Part shown: positions 21,966 to 34,831 of the stretch, one piece after another
Layout of the letters: each line of letters opens with the position of its first letter
Position numbering within the stretch: position 1 is the first letter of the stretch
Assembly (NCBI GenBank): GCA_965285935.1
Contig: OZ260665.1
Span: forward strand, 26,226,001 to 26,290,000
Direction of reading: 5' to 3'
From: Ophelia neglecta
Lineage: Eukaryota
Length of the DNA stretch: 64,000 bases
Made by a program: the position numbers and the translations under genes
The notes under the pieces: generated by a model
The model's input: only the letters and a program-made list of their open reading frames with translations
The model's database searches: none
Told to the model about the DNA's origin: nothing

Positions 21966-24900
21966 AATAGAGTCACATCAAACATACATTCCTCCGCAAG
22001 TTCAGTCCCACACATAAACAGAGTAAATATGCCGCCTGCACCATGTTAATAAAATATGGCTAATCGCAATGTTTTCTTTGCCTTCACGAACTTTACACTT
22101 AGCTCAATTTGCTTCATTTAGCTACACTCAGATATACATTAGCTACATTACGTTGTTAAGACACACACATCAACGTTCACCAGATACGCGTCGCGTTCAT
22201 CACTACAGGAAGGTGGCACCCTTGTAGTTTTATATGTTCCAGAGTTTTGCGGTAAACAGTCATCCGGCAAGCTCATTATGACCTGTTATTGTCGAGTGAA
22301 TATATTTTCCCCCCAATCACTCTTCACGACAAGTCTGAGCTAGGAGACACGTGTTATGGGACCGATCCTATGGGTTGGCATTGCCCCTCTGAATCACGCC
22401 GCCCGTGCTATCCTCAAACTGACTCATTTTGTAGGTCCCCGACGGTCGTCTGCCTAGAATCACCCGCCAAGGGAGTATTAATAGCCGAGGAATCAAAACA
22501 CACAGGTCCTCTTCTGAATACAGAGCATCATCCTAATACTCACCAGAATAAGGCAGACAGTTTACTGAACGGAAATCCATCATTGTTGGTATAGGCAAGG
22601 AACAACGTTAAAGTGTGTGAGATGCATCCTCTGTGGTCCCCAGTGTCGTGAATGTAGAAAGATTCACTCTCCGAACGGTATGCAGACACTGTTGTCCATT
22701 ACGATTGTTCCTGCTCTGCACACTAGCTTTGCACACTGAGTTACCATACCACATACACACGTGACCAATATGAATGCTTTAAGGACGTTTTGGATAAAGG
22801 TCACCAGTAAATATGGGGATCAGCACCGGTCAAAATCTTAAAGCCACCTACCTTAGAGCAAAATTCCCGCGAGCAGACGTTGAAAGTAAGCCGTCTGTTT
22901 CCAGATTTTGACACGATCTAATTATAAACACCAGGACAAGTGTTTGCCGTGCCAAAAGAAACGTGCCAGTGGACTAAATATTTGGAGAAGGAACGGCGGC
23001 CAAGGTTTGGGTGCGAGTTCTTGTGCGTGCTCCGCGCCAGAAACACCAAAGCGCTTTGTATAAAGACAAAATAACTAATGCCATCTTTACCAGGTTGCTC
23101 AAGCTAAAAGAAACTCGCCACTTGGGTGATAATCTATTGTGGGTCTTGATTGCCACTGCGCTTCCAGCTAATGCTCTCCTAGGGAGCGGCAGGCTTAATA
23201 TTATCAAAGCCCTAGGCCTGAGTAGAAAGGGCAAACACACACCTGACAGCAACCACATCCGGTACCCATCACTGCACATGCATTAACCAATACAGAGCCA
23301 CAGGCTATTGGCTTTCCATCAGTAACTGGTGTCCTTGACAATGTTATCATGACGCACATAGCATTCTGGACAAAGACGACTGACATGTTTTTTAACGATG
23401 GGTAAAAGTAACAAAACAAATATCCGAGAAGCGGGTTGTGCTGATGTGACGGATGCACTTCAGCGAGAAATCATTTTTGGAAGCGAAAAAATTGCAAAGA
23501 AATATGCCAATGGTTAATGGTTTTTAGGTGTAAACAACTCCCGTCTGTTGATACAACGGGGGAACACTAAAGTATCTTAGATAATTAATCACGTTTTTCC
23601 CTTCAAGAGCTGTTCGTCATATATCAATTCAGTTCACTTAGTAAACATGGCTTAGACTTTCAAGCGTTATAGTTGTTGATTAATTTCAATGGGGAGTGAA
23701 TTGTTGGGCTTGGGTTAATATATTTTTGTTGCTGGACCTTCTTTTGTGGTTGCGAGGCTAAGTACAAGTTACCCTCAGATGTTTCGTACCCTTGAAATGA
23801 TCAATTGAGCCTCGGCCGTGTGTGAGTCAAGTCATTGAAAACAACTTTGACATCAGTTTGAATCAAATATATATTCTGTTAATCGTCAAATAGCCAAATA
23901 CTAATCAATCGACCTTTCTTTTTTAACAGGTACAACCGATATGATATAATATTAGGTTTGGCAGCACATTGAGGAAATGGATGAGAATAAAACAATCGTG
24001 CAGCTACCGCGAGATAGAGTCTAGGCTACTCATAAAGGGGAAACACTCAACTGATTCAGAAAATTGCATTCTGAACCATCAATATACATGATTCAGACGT
24101 ACTCTTGAGAGCGTTTAACCAGTGAAATAACACGTGTAAAACAGATTCTGACAATGCAAATCATGCTGTCAGATCAAGACACCAACATGTTTATCACACG
24201 TGGCAGATCAATTGTGATTATATGTTTTTTTCAGCTGTAGATCGATGATTTGTTACAGCCAAGTTCTGATGTTGCAGATTGAGTTTGCACTTTGTTGTTT
24301 AAACAATACGTCGTCTCTCTGCTGTATCCGAGATACCAATGTACAATGCCCTATCACATGAACTGGAAGTCATGTTGAAGTGTATGTATAGAAGCATCGG
24401 CTGTAGGACTCGATACTTCTGCGCTCTTAAAGGAAAGACCAAATGTTTTAAGTTCATCACAGGAACAGGAAGTCGCGTTAAGAGCAGTGCGTAACCTGAA
24501 ACTGCAACGAACCGCCTTGAATTTACCCATAAGGCTTCAGTAAATAAATAAAAGCTCTAGTCAGTCGCTTTAAATTTGCACCAGACAAAATGGATGATTG
24601 TAAACAATGAAATAAGTACACAATAACGCTACTTTACAAGTTATTATGTCTTAAAACAATGCACACACTATATGCAGGCCCATATCAAATCAATATTGAT
24701 AGACAATGTCAGTATATTATAATTCTAACAGCTGGGTTCTGGTTCGATTCCGACACCTGCACTTTGTCGACTTTTACGGTTTTAGTTGAGGTCAATAAAA
24801 AATGTAGTGGGTACGTATTGCATACACATTCTCCATATACAACTCGCTTGAGTAAAACTTTAGTGTAATAACTATGCATTTGCTTCACTAAATGCCTGCC

Positions 24901-27900
24901 AAATAGTTTAGATCCCTTACCGGTCAAGAAGTCACCTTTGCATTGCTCTCAATGGTACATAATCCTCAAGGATGCCTCAGAAGCAGAAGGTACCCCCTAT
25001 CAATCACTGGCCTAATGTCACTTCCTGAGTGCCAAACAAGATATCCATCTACGTTGGTCTAAGAAGGGTTTTATGTATAAGCACCTTCTTAGCAAATATC
25101 TAAAATAAGACCCGTGGACTTTGCATCTGGGTAAAATAAGGCTTTTTGTAGGCAAGGCGACTTCTCGCATAGCAACAGAATCCTGAGATCAACCCATATC
25201 TCTCCTTTAACGATACGATGTTATGTTTAGAGTCCCAACAATTCCTTGTGTAGCTAGATAATTATTACTGCCATACAACACAGCATACCACTTATCACAC
25301 AAAAGCAATTTTCAAACAATTCATAACTGATTTATTTGAAACTTTGGGTCAATAATATATGTGTATATCAGAACCAGGAGTTGACAATCCATGGTCAATA
25401 GTGTCTGTTTCGCAGCTCAAATACCTATCAATAAACAAGAAGACGTTGGGTAATTAGTATAGATATATATGTACTTCTAAGTTCACGATAATAACGCACG
25501 ATCAAAACTCGCTTCCTGTTTACAAACCAAGGCTTTATTTTAAAAACTTTCCGTGGAACATTATTGATAAAAGTTGTAGGCAGCTATACCGCAAGATTTT
25601 ATGTAGCTTAATGATTTAATTTGAATCTGAATGGAACAATCTTGTGTACTGTGCTTCACACGCATGGAAAACAGCTCATTGAAATTGATACCAATATTCC
25701 TTTATTGTTCTCGGATTTTAGTCCTTGTTTTTTTTAAATAATTTCTTTCTTTAGACTTTGATAATCCTTCCTATTTCGTAATGCCGTTTTTTCGTTCCCC
25801 GTAATGGGTTAGTCGAGCTAATAGGGCTAGTTTTGTTTTGCAGCTATAGACCCATGCTCTGTATGGAAGAATTGATACTGTGCTAAATTTCACAAACTGT
25901 TGACCTGAGGGAGTGCCTAGTAATCTTTCAGGTTTCCTTATCCAATTTGGTAACTAATGCGAATGGCAGGAACATACAGAGATGATGAGGGATGATGCAG
26001 ATGGTACATGCGGCCAAAATGATAAAGAATCCCCCTAACAGAAAATGGGCAAGTACTCTAACCTCTATTCTATAATGGTCGTTGAATTGATTCATTGGTA
26101 TTTTGGTGAATGTTTCCATGGCTTCGAAAAACAACGATACCTATCCTCCAAACACACCCTATTCCCATTTCAGCTTCCCACATAAAGTTGTGTTGCACCA
26201 ATGCATTTGGTCTATATTGGTATTTTGACAATTCCAAGTGTTTCCACAGTATTTGTCTTCAATAAAGTGTCTTCTCTCCTGCGACGCACATTTTGACTTG
26301 ACCTCAAGGGCCTTATCCAGTTACACTCCGACCATTGATTGAATATCGGTTGTTTGGATGCATACGCTGTAGGCTTAGTTATGCTTAACACCCATGACAA
26401 TAGTGTCTACCGAAGCACTGCAAATTATTTTCATCCCTTTCATAAAAAAATAGCAAGTGATTTGCAGATAAAGAGCAATATATCCTAAACTGTTGGTTCA
26501 AAAGTTTGATTAAAATCTGAGCCTTTCTATCTGTACAATTCTTTACTTCAAGTTTATAGATCGTTCCCCCATAGTCGCTAGTTTTTAAACATATAATATC
26601 TTTGGGAAAAGTCAGAAACATGAACCACTCACTATGAATGTCACCCAATATACAGCAGGCTAACTAGCCCAGTTAAAGGATGGTGTGTATTAGTCACCGA
26701 ACATTTGTAAACCTGTTTTACTGGTATAATGGTCTTCATCTCTTGCCAATGTGGTATCTGATCACCTGTCATAGATACATCATCGCTCCACGCATATTGG
26801 TGTTGATTTTTCAAATACTCTCCATTTTTATTTTTTTTACCAACTGATTGAATAATCAGCAACGTATGTTTGCAATACGTTTTCATACAGCAACTGGACT
26901 CTCCTATGAATATGTTACGCAAATGAAGCTCCTGACTCATTGACTGCTTTGAGTGACTCATAGCCACAGCCATATCAAACTTAGTCTGACACTACCGTAT
27001 AACTATACAAAGAGTTAACCGAATGTAAGTTTAAAGCGACAGTAAGATTTTAATTTTAGTCTATATAGGAACAACATGCGACTCGGAGATTATGCAGGTT
27101 TACCACTTGAAAGACTACTAGACGAGACTAAGAATAGTAAAATAAAGCAGAGCGCATGGTCGCAACAAATTATTCTAAACGCAAGATCTCAGAAAGCGAG
27201 CTGCAATGATTCATTATAAGGGTCATAAAATAAAAGAAAAGCAATGCTTGAGATTAACACCCGGTGTTCCATCAAACAGTAGAATAGAATAATGCCATCT
27301 TCTTACTTTCTTAGTTTTCGTTCCACAACCCTCTCAAAGGGCTGTGCATTTGAAACAAGTTAGCAACGGCTCTTCATAAGGTCGGCTAACATATTGGGTT
27401 TTCACCTTGCTTTTCTTCGATGATACAAATTAACGAACAGACAAAGCATGACAACAAGTTATCCTTTTGAGATAATCTAGCAATATAGTTATCCCGTAGC
27501 GTAATTGAAGTTTTTATATACATCTCCGTTAGTCCTCCCATATGATCTTAAATTCATTTGGTATCCCTTATACCATGCATTTTCCTCTTAATAAATCGTC
27601 TCATGAGCGAGATAACACAATAGAAAAACAGGGATCTCCCTCTATAATGCAGATGTAAATTTACTTCTACTACGAAAGACAAATTCAAGATTAGTTTTTC
27701 ACTATACCTATAATTTAGGTCTGAACGGAATCAGTAATTTGCCTGTTTACTTTTACTTGCTTAGCAAACCACCATCAATCATTGATACTAGGTATCGATT
27801 TTATTGCTACTTTAGATAAACCGTTCTACTTATCTCTACATAGGCTGTGTATACGTGCATACATCTCCGGCTTAGAATATTTTACCTCCATTACATTATG

Positions 27901-28294
27901 CAGTGAAACAGTATAGATACATCAATAAGTTCAAGGATTTAACTCTGAGCATGATTACACGGTGAAGTTGTCCTCCATTAAACAGCACGATATTTTCACA
28001 TCTAGCCCAGACCAAAAGGTTATTATGTCTACAGTCAATAACCTTGGCATCCTGACCTGGTACGATTTTACCACGCTATGATTAGAAGTATAGTTTGGCA
28101 AACTCCTGAGTGATAAACAACCTAGAAGTTATTGCCAAATGATGACCTCAGGATTTCCAGCCAGTTCAATGTGAGCTGGATAGCATGGGTAAGATGCACA
28201 CATGCTGTTGTGCCAGTTCTATATGGTAACATACCAGCTGAACACATATAGTATGTCAGGAGTTATAAGCCAGAATAGACGATGACAATAAAAA

Positions 28295-28575
28295 AAACTG
28301 GAGTAGGCACCCGATAGACAAATCAAAATCAGTAATCGAGACTAGTCCATTAACTCGGTCCAGACTCAGCAGCCATATGCCCACACACATCCCAGCGCCG
28401 AAACAGTAATGAATCTGTGATGCAAATAAAAGTAAAATATACAATTGATATCACTTGCAAAGATAAGAGGTCATCGGTCTCCATAGTGACAGTCAGAGCA
28501 CAAAACAGACGAGACTGTGGTCATCATGAGACAGAGATGAAACATGCCACAGGAGAGGGTAGAGTCTTTGTTGAC
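28295..28575 (+). repeat. Old dispersed repeat, copy A (homologous to 63030-63330 on the minus strand and to the cores at 31462-31595)
   Basis: Colinear shared blocks with copy B include cagcagccata, tgcaaataa, ttgatatcacttg (28445-28457) and gacagagatgaaacatg (28530-28546). Confidence 0.7.
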
Positions 28576-31461
28576 CAAGAGAGAAAATAAACAATCAAAA
28601 AATGAAGACATAAATATGACATCACCAGAAGAACGCACACTAAAGTTATTAAATTAAATGTTCCATGAGAGCAATTATGGACTATATATCCTGAATTTCC
28701 AAAACGCATACCAAGGGAATTCACTGAAAGCAAGATTTTTCATCGTTAAGTATCTTGCAACTTCATATCATTCCTTGACTTTTTTCATGTAATTAGTATT
28801 ACAATTATTCACCTCTGTAATAAGCGCTTCATTATTTGATTTTACAATAAAAATAAACAATCCTGAGTTTATCTATCAAACGTTTTTTTGCACGTCTTGG
28901 CCAGTGCAACTTTTTGCCGTATTCAGTCGAATAACTTAATTTAACAATGTTTGATTTTACATCGTTATAATCAGTACGTATACTATTATTTTATTCACAG
29001 GGTTGGCATATGCGGATTATGAAATGGATCACGATACACGGATTACGATAGTCTTCTTCAAATCTGAAAATGATTAGCATGCATCTATGATCCGAATAAT
29101 TAACATCAGTAATTTCTGCACTAGAATTTGCCATTAAATAGCGCTAGTAAAATGTAATGTGTTCTTCATTCAACAGTTTCAGATATATGTCCCCACGGGG
29201 GGACTAGTTTTTTGACCTCAAGGACGAGTTAAATCATATACATTGTACTTAGCTACTGAATGCTGTTTATTTTTGGTGGTGATCCTACTTTTACGGAAGG
29301 AGCGTATACATTAATACATCAAAACAAGAAGACAACACTATCAATGAGATTTCTTCTTAATTTGACTATAAATTTGACTATAATACATCAGTTCAGTTCG
29401 TCATTTCGTCAGTTCATCAGTTCGTTTAGGAGATTATTGAAGTCAATTCTTTTGAGTCCGTAGGGCTCTCCTTCTATCCCTTCATAATAACACGAATGTA
29501 CCCAATTCCTGTAATAACAGTATAAAACTGGTATCAAACATGCTTCCGTTCAATACCGATTAGTTGACTATTTCATTTATACATTTTGTTTCTGGAATTT
29601 ACGCACATTGTTCTCAAAATTATACATTTTTTTATGATGTTATATTTAGCAAAAATAGTGAATCGCTGATTTTTTTATAACTTTTTACTCTAAGTTAATA
29701 AAAAGTATACCGAGGAGTACCATTTCACTATAGCTATGCAATATACCAGACATGAAGATTATTGCTCCTACTCATTTGCAACCACATGGCTTGACCATGT
29801 TAAAATGTACGTGCCATTCTTGAATAAGTAAAATATCTCTTTTTCTATTTTAGAAAGCCGAGATTCTGTTTCAAGCCCCAACACTTATGGATAGAAATTA
29901 CTTTCTTATACTTTGTTACGTTTTCTGTTTTACAGGTGCACGATTTCTGTTATGTCTTCACGTTTCAGTTTCGGGGCCTGCGGGGTCTTCACGATCGACT
30001 GTTGAGTAGGCAGTCCTGAAGTAGACATACTATTCTTAGTTTTATTTGTCTCTTCTTATACGCCGATGACAATTTTGATCTTTTTTATTTATTTTCCGTC
30101 CACTGAAAGGTGGATTCTGAACTACATGAACCAAGATAAAAAAAGAAGCATGCCCTTGGTGTCTGGTAAGAAAAATGAGTTTAAAAATAAACAAAAATAC
30201 CAGCATTAAAATTTAAATTTACAACAATGTACTTAGCAAGCAATAGGTTAATATACGGATTAAACTTGAATATAGAAAATGCCGTGTTTTTTTGGAGTAC
30301 AACACTTGCATCTTGTCCAGTGAGCGACATAACAAGTATCTCGAATTTACTCAAGCGGCTGAGCCCGTCCATTCGTTAACCAATCGTAACTTTCGGGTAA
30401 AAGCTGAGGCCTAAGACACAAAAATAACCCCTACCCTCTCCCCAGTATCCCCAAGCTTAGTGTCAACCATTCTGTGGAATCCAGGTCGTCCACACATGAC
30501 CATGCTGTCGGTCTCCGTCTATCTTCAACATCACCGCCTTAAATAACTATTCACAATAGTTTGTAAACAGAGGGCGCTCATATATATATAAGGCTTGGAA
30601 TTCAAATCTTAACGTCGACCAAACTAATTATTCCCAGGACACTTTCGTAGTTAACTGTATCCTGCTTTATCTCATTGCTATCTATCTCAATGTCGTTGCT
30701 TCTATCTAAATGTCATTTATCAGTTTCATATTTTATATGCTGAATGGAAGAGAAGTTTTTACTGAAGTCTGGTTGACAGACAAATCGGTAATTTATTAAT
30801 GGATTGGTCATGCAATTCGATAGTCTTTGGTCATGCCTTGTATCGATTTACAATTTTTCTCAATAAACCATTTAAATGGGCAAATATATTAAATATGTTG
30901 TGCACAAACCTTTTCATAGATATAGTACAATGAAAGTCAGTGGCATCCATCAAGCTCCTCTATCCAATATTGTGATGGGGAAATACGTTAAATCACCTAG
31001 GGACACAGCGATAGGGCCGACTATAATGGGGTACATGGCTCCTAGTCAATGAAATGTGACCTAAAGTGAGAAATGCCCCTAGATGCGGACTAGATAGAAC
31101 GATTATCCAGATACCACACTGGGAGAATTCTATGCAAAGCGTTGGTATTCATCTGGCCGGTTTTATATTTCGGGGAAAATACCATTAAGTTACTTCAAAA
31201 TAGAGCTATGTATTATTTCAGTTCACAGTTTTTTTGGGCTTTCTTATGAGCCTTTTAGTGGTATTGGGGCGATTCAAGGTCTCTCAAAGCGATTAATTAT
31301 GTATAAAATGGCAGATGCACAAAAATAGCATACACCAGCAAACCTCAACGGACACTGCCGACTAAACAAGCTCCCTTTATTGAACTACCCTCGGAATCAG
31401 AATGCGTTTTATATTTGTACAGCTTTCTATATATGTAGAATCATGTTTCACATTTTTCGAA

Positions 31462-31595
31462 TCAGAGCATACAGCGGATGAGTCAGTGGTCAGCATAGAA
31501 CTTAGATGAAATATACCCTAGGAGTATGATGGGAGTTAGAGCACAAAACAAATGAGGCAGTGGGCAACGCGCGGCAGAGATGAAATACGCCTTGG
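31462..31595 (+). repeat. Two tandem diverged copies (74-bp period) of the core of the dispersed repeat
   Basis: tcagagcatacagcggatgagtcagtggtcagcatagaacttagatgaaatata (31462) and ttagagcacaaaacaaatgaggcagtgggcaacgcgcggcagagatgaaatacg (31536) align with each other and with 28493-28548. Confidence 0.6.
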
Positions 31596-32839
31596 GCAAC
31601 AAGGCTCCAGGAAAAGGCGTATCACAACAGTTTAATTGTAATAATTAGTCATCGCTTAAAGGAGATCCCTCAGCTTGCTTAATACCAATGACTTCATCCC
31701 ATGCAAATTTGATAGATGATCAATTGGCTTGAGTTTCTATATAGAATTCTATCCAACGATCGGACAATCTGTAAAGGATGTCCACTATATGTGATAGAAA
31801 AGCCAAACTTCCCTACAAAACGTACAGCGCGTGGTTATAAATGGCTGAATTTCCTAAGTCTTCTTCAACAGAGCCATGTATTTTTTTCTATTTTCTCGTC
31901 GAAGATGTGATTTATCACCACCACTTTGCTTCTCAATACCAATTGCTAAAGGACTGTTCATTTGTCTTCATCTGGTTTTTCTACCGAGAGCAGCCATAGT
32001 CTGAGTCACACCAGAAGATAATTCTAACTGGTAAAAACCAGAAGAAGCAGAAATTACATCTACCACCACAGGCAGAATAAACATCAGTGTTTTAGATCTC
32101 CAAGACATGGTCTTGATTAAAATAGGGTTAGTCATTTGTTTGGCTACTGGCCTACTATCTCATTTTCCAATATATCTTGTCTTCCAGGTTTCGATGACAG
32201 TGTTATCTAACAAAGCGATATATCAAACTTATCGTTAGTGAAATAAAAGCGTTATCAATTCGGTATACTGAACCGTTAACAGTTGGATTTGAGAGAAACG
32301 TGATATAGATAATATAAAGTTCAAGGACATGAACTCTTGTCAAAATAACAATGTAATGTAGCCCCTTATACTGCATATAAAAACATAAAATCAACATGAA
32401 GACCAAACTTTTCATATATGTAAGTCAGAAATTACACATCGTCTTGTTATAAATTTGAAACGTGGATCTCAAAGATATCCTAGATGACTGTTTCTTCTAA
32501 TTTACCTCATTTTTCTAGGAAAGTTGTATTTTTATTTCTCACGTATACCTGTCTAGTCACTATGCATACATTGGCAAGTATACAACAGCTTTCAGGTTGA
32601 TAACATCCGCGAGCTTGGTAAATGAACACGTGACCTGTCCCGACGTGTGTCATCTGGTAATCAATTAATGGAATTGATTTCTCACTAGCTTCTGGCGATA
32701 CTTTTTAAGGAGGCGACAGAATTGCTAGTGAGAGAGAAGGATGGATGATATCCACTCCCAGCGGAAGCCACTTCTGGTAACAAATTACCTGCAGTGACTC
32801 TGCAGCTGCACAAATAGAAACTACTGTCCTTGGCAATAT

Positions 32840-32853
32840 GTTACTATGGTAAC
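32840..32853. promoter_or_regulatory. RFX X-box-like near-palindrome
   Basis: GTTACTATGGTAAC fits the X-box pattern GTNRC(C/T)ATRGYAAC. A second partial site, gtccttggcaat, is at 32826. Confidence 0.3.
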
Positions 32854-34699
32854 ATGACTAATAGGGCACAGACTACTGCGGAAATTTCTGTTGCCAGTCG
32901 TGTATTAAAAGTTATAAGATTGCAATAAACTTAGCAAAAACAATTGACATGACGTTCGCCCGCTCCGAGTTCTCTGTTGTGATTTTTTCTGTGTTACGTA
33001 AGTTAGATTTTAAGATTTGCACGCTGGAGAGGATGAAAATTGTACCCATCTCGCCACCCTGCAAATATACAATTTTCCTGAAATCCAAGGACAAAAAATA
33101 TCAATGATTCGGTAGACTTTTGTTCCACAATCCGGCATTTCCTGCCTGTCAAAATTCTTAAACCGCAAACGAGTGTCAATTATGTTTTTTACGGCATATT
33201 TCTTAAACAAACGCCTAGTTCACCTGTGAATGGAGTCAGCGTCCCTTAGGAGTGTCATTCCTATGATGCCTAAACAATCGGATATTAAAAGGGTATCATG
33301 ATATGAAGTAGTGCTTCATGTTTTCGATAAGACGAGTTGTAAAGAACGTTACATATCCAATAAAATTTCACTTCTGTTATTATAGGAGATAGACTTCTCT
33401 GAGTAATATGACAGGATGCCACCAGTTTCCACGATGTAAATCAAATCCCACCCAAACAAAATCAGGCTGGTAGTCAGTGTACGGGGAGAATGAATTACTC
33501 ACTTGGCAATCTGATGTGGTTGTGTGATGTGGTCCAAACGTTGTTAATAGGAGAAGGCATATAGAAATGTCTCTCAATAAAGACGCTCAGTGGACAGGAG
33601 AGAGCACACAGGGAAAGACCAAAGTGTACCAAAAGCCACAGCATGGATTACGAATGTGCAATATATTTTGATATCAAGCATTTTGAACTCAAGCTAAAAA
33701 AGAAAGCTTTGAAAACCTATTTATCTAGCTAGATTCCCCGGAAGAACGAAGCCCCTTCTCCATTAATCACCGAATGCCACATGACAGCTTCCAAGTCCCA
33801 ATGAGACAACTCAATTCACATCGGTCATGGCCGGCTTTGAATTGTGCCAGTCTTCCCAATCCAACATAACACCAATCCTCACAGCATGCTAATCAAGGAC
33901 AAGCTTTTTTCTTCGAGTTTCGAGATGCTTTTAACCTGATCACCAGACCGTTGTCGGTCTTTTTTTACATTTAGAACTGATGTTGCGGGTAAATCCACAA
34001 TTGTGTAAAGGCTCTAAACATACCCATGAGCAATATTAAAAGAACACAAAGATACCATGGTCAAAGGAGTAAATCGGCTTATAAGAAAGCGCAGTACGCA
34101 ATTCTTGGTCTTGGAACCAAACATGCTCGCACGATGACGTGACCAACACTCTAAGAATATATATTGGATCAACCAACTCCTATTCTAATATTATTCACCG
34201 ACCTTTTATGGAGACACTAATACTCTGGCAATAAAGCCTAAAATATCTAGAGTCCTATAATAGTATTGACATATTTATAGGATTTCTACATTGGCCTGTA
34301 AGCAACAAACAAGGCATATTCTCTAGTAAAACAATGTCGAACTGCCTTATATATGCTTTGCCCAATCTGCCATCGTTTCACGCCTTAATTAATTAACGAA
34401 TAACCAGGATATCACTGGGAGAACATGTAATAGGGTAATAAAATACTGGAAATACGTCACAAGTGAAGGCCTTAATTGAACTCCTGGTGCAATGACAGAT
34501 CGCATTATTATCATTACCGTCTTCCGACTTTTTTCCTTTTATTATTAGTATGTTTTGGCACATTTGATCCTTTACGTCCAGACAGCAGACTGTTATCAAT
34601 AAGCCCATATCTTCAGTATATCAACTTACTTGTTGTCTGCCGTCAGTTTCCAAGTTTTCAAATTGTCTCCATTTTTTTTGTTAAATCTTTAATCGCATT

Positions 34700-34831
34700 A
34701 TTGTTCTAGTAATATGGGTAAATAAGCCTATGGCTTCACCCAGTTGTCATCCTTAAAATGTTTATGTCGCGTGTTATAATCTGTTATATATATTATTCGA
34801 TGAAAATAAACTATTATTGAATTGAATTGAA
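34700..34831 (+). mobile_element. Probable 3' end of a 5'-truncated non-LTR retrotransposon
   Basis: T-rich UTR-like sequence ends in aaaataaactattattgaattgaattgaa, that is AATAAA plus an (ATTGA)n tail typical of CR1/L2-group 3' ends. A similar tail, tgaaaataactattattgaa, is at ~50051. Confidence 0.4.
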
